Below the pieces are notes generated by a model. That model worked only from the letters and a program-made list of their open reading frames with translations. It did no database searches and was not told the origin of the DNA. The position numbers and the translations under genes are program-made. Of a stretch of DNA of 64,000 nucleotides, positions 21,560-30,380 are shown one piece after another; positions within the stretch are counted from its first letter, which is position 1; each line of letters begins with the position of its first letter. Origin of the DNA: Savitreella phatthalungensis (lineage: Eukaryota); contig AP039700.1 of the NCBI GenBank assembly GCA_051599415.1, positions 248,001-312,000 on the forward strand. Reading direction: 5' to 3'.

Positions 21560-22100
21560 CTGGATCGTGGTCGCAGTGAGAACTGCTAAAGCAAAGAGCT
21601 GGAGGATCAAAATTGTCAAATTTGTGCAAGGTCGGCCTGCTGCTATGGCGCGCGTGCCACGCGCTTTAGCCGTAAGGTCGGAAAGTTAAGGAGCAAAAGG
21701 TCGTTTCACCTCACCTGTACTCGTTAAAGATTGCCGATCGATTGATGATCTGGTCTTGGGCGAAAGCTCTCGTGACCTGTCGATGACTTTAGGTCAGGAG
21801 GACATGAGAAATCCTCGGAACAAGCTAATGGTTCTGGAAGCGGTCGAATGTCGACTTGCGATCCTGGCTGTGAAGTTGGAGTGCGTCTGACCTTTTGGAA
21901 AAGGAAGAATCTATGTAGAGGCGCGCGTGCCTAATGCTGTCGGTCGTTCGACGAGAGCGAGACTGGTCTGTGATGTGCTTGCTTGCTTGCTTGCAGACTA
22001 GTGTGAACAAGAACTACTTTTGAATAGCAACGGGGATTGGCAAGCGAAGCAGTGGGTGAGAGTGAGTGAACAAAGTTTGACCTTTGATTTCTCGTGACAA

Positions 22101-22252
22101 GTGAGTGAGTGAGTGAGTGAGTGAGTGAGTGAGTGAGTGAGTGAGTGAGTGAGTGAGTGAGTGAGTGAGTGAGTGAGTGAGTGAGTGAGTGAGTGAGTGA
22201 GTGAGTGAGTGAGTGAGTGAGTGAGTGAGTGAGTGAGTGAGTGAGTGAGTGA
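22101..22252. repeat. (GTGA)n microsatellite, ~38 perfect units
   Basis: Directly visible; source of the spurious THSL-repeat ORFs. Confidence 0.98.
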
Positions 22253-24680
22253 ATGAGTGTCCTGAGCATGCAATCAAAAGTTGTCGGATACGATGTTGAG
22301 GAGAGATTGGCTGGTGGAGCTGCTGAAGCGGAAAGGGGCGGCTAGAATGGAAAGAGAGTTGGTAGAGAGAGAGAGGGCAACTAAAAGTAAAAGTGAAAGT
22401 AAAAGTGTAAGTTAACCTGAACTTGAATGTGAAAGTGACAGTGGAAGAAAATTGGATACCGAGGATTAATGGTATGTTGGATGAAAAGGTGATGAAAAGG
22501 TAAAGAAGAAGATTTTGTTGCTCATTCAGCCCTTGTTGCTTCCTCCATCACTCTAAGGCTGCTTGTCGGGTGTGTTAATTTCTCTTCCGTGTATGAGTTG
22601 TCAGTCTCATCATAGCAGTGAGGGCGGTTGACGGTCGGGCTGATTTCTTTACTCAGGCCGGATGATAGGTGTCGAAGGTGTGCTCGATAGACCCTGGAGG
22701 CTTGTCACTGCACTCAAGCCCAAAGCCCTCAGAAGTATGGCAGGTGGGTCAAATTGATTCAACCGAGCTCAAGTTCATCATAATGAACTTGCAATCGTCT
22801 TTTCAACAGTTCTGAGCTTCAAGCTTCGGGTGCCCTCTTTTTCCAGGTGCAAATTCGATCCTTGTATCTGTGTAAACAGCAATATGGGAATCTTAACCTT
22901 TGGATGTGGCGCCAATCTCGTGACTCACGAAGCTAGTCTTGAATCTCTCTTGGCCTGACAGTCCACTCACCCGTCTTCGAAGCTGCGATAGGTGATGAAG
23001 TGATGTTGTCAGGATTATCACTCTGACTGGTGGACTTTCTCCTTCACTAACTCGGAAGGGACCTAAGGAGGAAGCATCCTTGGTAAAGCGGTCTCCCTCG
23101 TATGATACAGACTTCCGATTGATGCGCGCTCACAACGCATCCTTCAGATACTGTAGCTGTCCAGGGTCATCCCGAAAAGCCCAGAGCTCTAAACAGTGGA
23201 AGCTGCGCTGTCGGTCTGTGGTCATAGTTGTCACCGTTCTAGTGCCCGTCTCGCTAGCTGCCATCGCTAAGTAAAAGCAAAGCAGGATTGCGACTGTATT
23301 GCGGTACCGAAACGATCCGAGGTAGAGTACTCGGACATCCAGTCATCGAATGTGCTAGCTGTTGGAAGTAACATGCAATTCTGCCTATCACAGGAGCCTT
23401 CGGATCCACATACAGGCTTCAAATATCACCCAAGCACTTTCGGAGAAGCTCGTCAGTCAGTTGAATTCTATGTTGGCAGATTAATTCGCTTGGAAGCACT
23501 GTTTTGGGAAAGAACTTCTTTGTCCTGAACTCCTCTCACCTCAGACAGCAACGATTCTATTCTAGGATAACTGGTTCTTCCATAGTTCGTCATCCACTTG
23601 ATCGGTAGTCCAATGAAGTCTCATTCTCCTCGAATCAAATCAATAATGCATGAGCACCCACAGCATTCAGTCACTCATTTTACAATTCTCCCCGTCAACA
23701 TCCTCCTACCTGAATGATGCACGGGCTCATACGTTTCTCCTTTCTTTCACCTAGCTAGATATATAGCTAGCTCATATTCTTTCTCACCTGACCTGTCGGA
23801 TCACGGATCACGGGACATTATTCTTCCTACTACGGCAAGACAGCGATGTAGAGTCTCAAGTGAGCCTGTCGGCTGACACCCATGCTGTTGAATGATGATC
23901 CGCTCCGCAATCGTCCATGGATGGGACTGGCAATACGCACGCGACACTCCTCCGTCGTTTCAAGTCCCGCAGAAATAGAAAAATACCAATAATTCATTTA
24001 AGTCTCCAAATGCCATAGATGACAAGCGGACGTCATAAAGCCTGCTCATTTCAGCCTATGCCGTCGTTCTGCCACTCTCCAAGCGTTCCTTTGTATGCAT
24101 CCATCTCGTTATCTTGCATAATACTCGATTGCCGACATTGATTGATCTGGTAATTTGGAGGATGTGGAGGAAGTCGAAGTGCTGAATCTTTCATGCCCTA
24201 AATAAAACAGGCCCTTAAGGAAAAGGTTAATTCAAAATGCCGTCTTCCGGCACTGGTGGAGAAACCAGAGCTCCCGCTGAAGTGGAGTCATGGAGTGTCT
24301 GTATGAGTTAGTATGCACCACAGACACGCACATGTTGATAGATGGCCAGCTTTGCACGTCCGGAGAGTCTCGGGGACGGTGGCAAACAACAGTGATGTGC
24401 ATACCCGAGCAGATGAGTCTCGAGTCGATCACGTCGACATGGCGATTGCGACCTTCATTTCGTTGCAACAGTGTACCACGAAAGAGTTGCTCAACCACAC
24501 AGTTGTATATTCACATGCATGGGGAGCTTGGTCGGAAGATTGAATCTCTTATCCTGAGAGCGCTTACTTGCTCTTCTTGTCGTACGTGTCTTCGTAAAAT
24601 GCTTCTTCTTTTCTCTCTCCACGCTCTAACGCATGCCACGGCATTGTGCGTCAAAGGGTTCCCCTCGGCTCTACTGATTT

Positions 24681-26237
24681 TCAATCAAGTCGGAGAGTCT
24701 TGGATTCGCGCAAGGCCGCTGTAGGATCCTTGACCTGGTTTGATCGATGCTTCGGCCGGCTTTCGCCATCTTTTGAGGAACTCCCTCCCTCCTCTTCTTC
24801 GTCGTCCTCATCCTCCTCCTTTCCGGCGTCCTTGATCCGTTTGAGTTCACCGACAAACGAATTGCCCCAGTATGCGGACGTGTATTTGTGCACGTACTTC
24901 TCCAGCTTGTCAAAGTTGTCTTTCCGCTGGTCGTGCGGCAAGGTGACGGCTTCGTGGATGGCGAGTGCCAGGTCGTCCACGTTCCAGGGGTTGACGATGA
25001 TGGAGCCGTTCAGAGACTGGGCTGCGCCTGCAAACTCGGAGAGAATGAGTGAACCGTGACGCTCGCCCTGGCAGCACACGTACTCGTAGCTCACAAGATT
25101 CATGCCGTCGCGCGTGGACGTGATCAGGCATACGTCCGAGACTGCGTAGAGCGAGATCAGCTCGTCAAACGGCACGCTCTTGTGCATGAAGTGGATTGGC
25201 ATGAATTCGGCAGTGCCAAATTTACCATTGATGCGACCGACGAGCTCGTTGACGACGGCGCGCAGGTTCTGGTATTCTTCAACATCGCCGCGCGATGGTA
25301 CTGCCACTTGGACAAGCACCACCTTGCCGATCCACTCAGGGTGCTCCGTCAGGAAGACCTCGAGCGCGTGCAGCTTCTGCGGCACTCCCTTGATATAGTC
25401 CAGCCGATCAACGCCCACGATCAGCTTGATCCCCTTGAATTTCTCCTCAAGAGTCTTTATCCGTGCCTGGACCTTTGGCTTCGCCAGACCTTCTGCAAAA
25501 AGGCTCGGGTCGATGCCGATCGGATATGTGCCGACGTGAACCATGCGCCCATTGAACTCGACACCGTTCGGCAACGTTGGCAGCTTTAGGATGCGCGAGC
25601 ATGCGCTCAGAAAGTGCCGAGCATAATCGTACGTGTGGAAGCCAATGAGATCACATGACAAGACGCCCAGGAGAATCTGCTGACGAACGGGCAGGATGCG
25701 GTAAATCTCGGAAGAAGGGAAAGGGGTGTGGAGGAAGAAACCAATGCGGACGTTTTTGAACCGGTCTCCCATTTCCTCCCGGAGCATCTCCGGGAGCAAC
25801 ATCAGATGGTAGTCGTGTACCCAGATGATATCACCGTCTTCCACACCTTGCGGTCCATGAACAATGGCTCTCGCAAATGCCCTGTTTGCCTCCTGGTATG
25901 CAGCCCAGTCCTCCTCCAGGAAGCTGATCTCTCCCGGATGGTAGTGGAACAGTGGCCAGAGGATCGAATTGCTGAACCCATTGTAATGCCGATCTGAGGT
26001 CTCTTCATCGAGATAGACCGGTACAGTTGTGTAGTCACGCATCAAAGTCTCTTCTACCCCTGCGCGATCGGCTTCCGGCACCTCAAGGCCAGGCCAGCCG
26101 TACCAGGTGAATTTGGTAGTCCGCGCAAGACCGGCAAGGGAGGAAACAAGACCCCCTGCACCCTGTCCGAAACTGTATCCATGCTCGTCCTTCTTCATGG
26201 ATACCGGCATCCGGTTTGAAGCCAGAATGAGCTTCAT
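24681..26237 (-). CDS. TPS1: Trehalose-6-phosphate synthase
   Basis: Motifs SNRMP, GGLVS, HYNGFSNSILWPLFHY, WVHDYHL, GFFLHTPFPSSEIY, GVDRLDYIKG, RDGMNLVSYE and LSEFAGAA. Confidence 0.98.
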   Translation of the reverse strand: MKLILASNRMPVSMKKDEHGYSFGQGAGGLVSSLAGLARTTKFTWYGWPGLEVPEADRAGVEETLMRDYTTVPVYLDEETSDRHYNGFSNSILWPLFHYHPGEISFLEEDWAAYQEANRAFARAIVHGPQGVEDGDIIWVHDYHLMLLPEMLREEMGDRFKNVRIGFFLHTPFPSSEIYRILPVRQQILLGVLSCDLIGFHTYDYARHFLSACSRILKLPTLPNGVEFNGRMVHVGTYPIGIDPSLFAEGLAKPKVQARIKTLEEKFKGIKLIVGVDRLDYIKGVPQKLHALEVFLTEHPEWIGKVVLVQVAVPSRGDVEEYQNLRAVVNELVGRINGKFGTAEFMPIHFMHKSVPFDELISLYAVSDVCLITSTRDGMNLVSYEYVCCQGERHGSLILSEFAGAAQSLNGSIIVNPWNVDDLALAIHEAVTLPHDQRKDNFDKLEKYVHKYTSAYWGNSFVGELKRIKDAGKEEDEDDEEEEGGSSSKDGESRPKHRSNQVKDPTAALRESKTLRLD

Positions 26238-26934
26238 CCTGGTGATCTTTGTTCAGCTGATCGTGTAGGTGATGTGGTCGTCTGCTGAGCCGGAATGAAA
26301 TACACTTGCTTCCTTTATAGTCAATGTGGTGTTGAATATGCTACAAGTACTGCGTGTAGTAGATGAACTTGCCCACAGCTGACTCTGTGATTCACACTGA
26401 GCGAGTGCCGTTGCCGTTGCACGTCGCGTGACCCTTGATGATAATGCTTGATGAAAGAGCAAGTGGATGGAGAATGAGGCAGGAGTTGCTATTGCTGTTG
26501 TGGTTGCAGTTGAGCGTGGTGGAGGAGGAAAGGAAGATATGACGCCTGTGCTGATTTGGTTTTTCTTTCCAAGGATGAAATTGAGATTGCTTGAATGCAT
26601 GATCCGGAGTGATGCTCACTGGCTTGAAACCGTCGAGGTCGAATGCAGGAATGGATTTCTCAAACGGCCCCGGCGGTCGCCATGTGTCATGTGCCACACA
26701 GGTCGTGTGGACTAACGGCAGCTAGTGAAAGGCATAGGACTCCGCTCAAGGACGAAGCTACATATGATATCACATGTGAACGGAAATGGGCACCACTATA
26801 GATGAGGTAACTCTTCACATGTTGTCGTAAATACTGATCGGCTCCAAACCTTTGGGAGTGACCGGGTCTCATCACATCTTCACCTTGTCCATCTGGTCAG
26901 GAATCCAAACAAGGTCCAGCAATTCATCTTCAGC

Positions 26935-27867
26935 ATGTCGGAGGATGCGGCACTACAGATCTACCAGGACATGGCAAACATGGACAAGCAAGCATTTGGG
27001 AGGGGCAAACTGCCCGGGTGTATGTTCTGGGATCTGCTGGAGGAGTGTACAATGATTTTATTCCCCATGAATCCCACAACCAGGCGCTGGATTGCCGTTG
27101 TTGCGTCCCTCAGGTCTACCCATCCCATCCTAGAGAAGGGCATATGTGTGGTGAAAGCCACAATCTTTGACTCCATTGGCGACAACACCTCCTACAAGGA
27201 TCGCATGGAGTTTGACGTCGTGCAGCTCCTCACCTTGCTTGTCCAAAACAAGTCGTTATCGGTCACTCTTGACTGCGATGTGCATGTGCAAGTCAAAATC
27301 GAGTATGGCCGATGCTCCAAGCAACACAATGATGAGGACTGTGGCGTGCTGACCTCCGACAACCTCCTTCGGCTAGACAACCTCCTTCGGCTAGAACGAG
27401 ACGGGGAGCTCCCTCTGCCCATCACAGATCTGCCCATCACAGATCCCCATGAGATGCAACTTCATGGTGAGGAACTTCGCTGGACCACCATGGGGGAGAT
27501 ACGCGCAGCCTTTGAACGTCAAACCTTTGGGCCCTATGTCCGTCACCCTAAGAAGAAGCACCAAAAGACCGCACGTCGCATCGCAGCTTTGGAGGAGCAG
27601 GACCTAGACCGCATGACAGACACATCACCTTCATTCATTCCGCAAGTGCTGGCTCCAAAAGAACTGTGCAGCTCGCAACAGAATCTGACACAGCTCATCA
27701 TGGACCACTTAGCCATTTCTGGCGGATCTTCTACCTTTGGGTCAATCTTGAAGTCAGTGGAAGCCCAATGGCATCATTGGTTTGTCAAGAACAAGAAGTC
27801 CCCAACTTTACTTGTTCAAGCGCTACTGAGAGCCTGCAAGGCGTTGTTCCAGGTGGTTGACAATTAA
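26935..27867 (+). pseudogene. Ulp1/C48 SUMO-protease-like domain plus winged-helix-like domain (fragment 1)
   Basis: ILFPMN...RWIAVV (Arg where the catalytic His of the HW motif is expected), IFDSIG and KQHNDEDCGV. Then LTQLIMDHLAISGGSSTFGSILKSVE...FQVVDN. Confidence 0.7.
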
Positions 27868-28827
27868 TGCATCTTGCGTCCGATGCCCGCCACATTCACA
27901 ACAGAGCAGATTGCTGCAATCCATGATCCAGTGGACAATCCAGATACTGTCACTGTGCCTGGTCTTGACAGCTATGAAGAAACAGATCTTGTGGTGGCGG
28001 TGTTGCGGAAGAGCCGCGGACACATCAACAATCACGCCGTACAGGCTCACAAGCGCAGACCTCAAGAGATTGAGGAGGCCTTCTATGCTAGGTACTCCAA
28101 TACACCAGAAAGATGCATCGAGGTCAAGAATTCTGCCCACTTAGACACAGTCCTTGACAGTGGAAGGCTTGGATGGTATCCACTGCCAATAGAGCCGGTT
28201 TCCAGTCGCGCAAGGTTCCTGGAGCGCAACAATCCCATAAACTCGGACTGCCTGGAGCTGCTCCAAGGCGCCAATTGGCGCGGCCTGAGCGTGCGTCTCA
28301 TTGCCATTGGATGGGATGGGATCCCAACAAATCCAGAGACGTTTGCCTGGCTAGCAGAGACATCTCAGGACATCAACTTCACACTCACACACATTGTTTG
28401 GGGCAGCTCGATTGTCGATCATCCAGATCTTGCTCAGTCAATAGGCCTCAATTGCTTGGACAGCAATCAGCGGTCAAATGTCATTGCCTCATGGCTTTGC
28501 CATCATGACGAGGAGAAAGACCTGACATGGCTTCACTATAGCGTCAAGTGCCTTGCCTCCTTGCGGAGTGGCAACCTGACCTTGATAGAGCTAAACCAAG
28601 TAACAGCTCATCACTTATGCCTCATCTTCTACCTCTACAAGATTGACTGTGCCAACGCTTTGCAAGGCGCAATGGAGAAGAGCTGGGGCTACAAGGACAA
28701 AAGCTTCAAGAAACTGGGCAAATTTCTTGGTTGCTATCTAGCAAGCACATGGACGCGCCTCGGTCTGCGTCTGCCAACAGCCAACGATCGACCAGCCGCC
28801 AACAATCGATCACCTGCCATTGATTGA
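27868..28827 (+). pseudogene. Serine-recombinase/resolvase-like domain (fragment 2)
   Basis: VVAVLRKS (compare YaRxS), EPVSSRARFLER...LELLQ (compare ExvSG...RPxlxxll) and VRLIAIGWDGIPTN (compare lvVxklDRLxR), in resolvase order. Confidence 0.4.
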
Positions 28828-28839
28828 TCAGCTGCCTGA

Positions 28840-29823
28840 ATTCCAGCAGATCTTGATTGTACAGATCAATGCGCAACTCGAGAGGAGAGCAGATACCTCT
28901 GTCCAGTATGTGACAAGGAAATGCCGTTAGTCAAGGCACGAGGTCATCTGGGACGGCACATCGCATGCTCTGACAATGGTAAGAAGTGCCCTGTGACAAC
29001 ATGCACTCACACTATCTCAAAGTCGCATTGCCCTGCTATGATGAAGCATCTCAAGATCCATGAGACTGATGTGCATGGCAGGGATCGCCCGAGACTGGTC
29101 TGTGATGACTGTGGTGCCTGCTTCAAGCACAAGCATCAGCTTGTTCAGCACTCAGCAATCCACCAAGGAGAGTACGTCTGCAAGGACAGCAATTGCGGCA
29201 CTGCCGATGTTGTTCGCATCTTTGACAAACGCGGGTTAAAGGGCCACCAGAAAAAGATACATGGTCATCTGTACAAGCACCACAGTGCCTCAAACTACAA
29301 TCTGCCATATGTCTGCGGGCATTCAACCTGCCGAAAGGGATTCAAAAGCCTTCAGGCATTGCAAACGCACAATCGGCTTGGGCACAGACGTCATCAGACA
29401 AGAAAGGTGCCAGACAACCTTTTGACGGGTCAGAACACCAGTGACCATGCGAACAAGGCTACGAGTGAGAACACAAGCGGCGACCCGAGTCGGGACACGA
29501 GTAATCATGCAAATGAGGCTGCGGATGAGAATACAAGCGGCGATTTGAGTGGGGACACGAGTAAATATGCAAATGAGGCTGCAGGTGAGAACACAAGCGA
29601 AGATGCGAAAAGTGAGGACCCGAGTGAAAATGATCAAGACGCGCTGGAAGATGAAGACAATGGAGAGGCACTCGAAGACACAGACAAGGTAGATGCAACT
29701 GGAGACCAAGATGAGGAATGGAATTTGCCTTCAAGCTCTCCTGCACCACAAAGTAACGACAAGACAACTTTATGGCGCCAGGTGCCGGTGGCAAAATTTT
29801 GCCCGTGTTCCACTCCTGTGTGA
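28840..29823 (+). pseudogene. C2H2 zinc-finger array with acidic repeats (fragment 3)
   Basis: Five fingers: CPVC..HLGRH (begins upstream of the track's ATG), CPVTTC..HLKIH, CDDC..HSAIH, CKDSNC..HQKKIH and CGHSTC..HNRLGH. Confidence 0.8.
29433..29612 (+). repeat. Three ~60-bp coding tandem repeats
   Basis: NTSDHANKATSENTSGDPSR / DTSNHANEAADENTSGDLSG / DTSKYANEAAGENTSEDAKS. Confidence 0.85.
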
Positions 29824-30380
29824 TATAAACATGATGAACTCCGATCCCAAGACCATTCATTTATCAGCTTTTCAACTTCATGCCTTATCACTCTGTTGTC
29901 AGATCTCAAATACGTCATGATCGAACTGCTCGACCGACGGCACCATTGCCGGAGGCAGCTACGCAGCATCAATGCCTCACGCCCGCCGAAATTGCAGTGC
30001 TTTCAGTCAAACTTGAGTGAGGCAGATTGGTATAGTGACCTTAAGAGATAAGCACGTGCTCAAATCATCGACGTTGTCCAGACTTCTGTACTGCACGTGC
30101 ATGCAGTGGATCAAATGAGTCTGCAAATAATTCGTTCTACAAATTATATTTTTGGCAAATTATACTGAATTCATGCATTTAATCCTGCTTAAATAGAAGC
30201 TCCCAATGGCATGCACACGCGCTTCACACAGCGCGCGCCCGGCCCCAATTGCGACAACATGCATTAACACAATTATAACCCATGCTCTAAAGCAAACATC
30301 TCTCCTGACCATACCAATCTGCGAGAGATTTGTACATCTCCAAAGCTGTACAGCACAGCAGACAACACGACATTACAATC

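Larger units (their letters stand above)
26806..30168 (+). mobile_element. Decayed putative mobile element: one interrupted polyprotein ORF (Ulp1-like protease, winged helix, resolvase-like domain, 5 C2H2 fingers, acidic repeats)
   Basis: Track ORFs 26935-27867, 27874-28827 and 28921-29823 share one frame. Between TGA 26803 and TGA 30166 that frame is interrupted only by TAA 27865, TGA 28825, TGA 28837, TGA 29821 and TAA 30049. The region is CpG-poor relative to flanking genes. Boundaries are uncertain. Confidence 0.65.

Noticed and set aside
21931..22277. Three ORFs encoding (THSL)n
   Set aside because: Translation artefacts of the (GTGA)n microsatellite.
23748..23772. Near-palindrome ctagctagatatatagctag
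   Set aside because: Short low-complexity AT/CTAG sequence with no supporting context.
29433..29612. Regularly spaced repeats resembling a CRISPR-like array
   Set aside because: Contiguous degenerate coding repeats without unique spacers, in a eukaryotic context.
26695..30231. CACACAG at 26695-26701 and 30225-30231 as a possible target-site duplication of the island
   Set aside because: A 7-bp CA-rich match is expected by chance here, and no terminal inverted repeats were found. It cannot be accepted without aligned copies.
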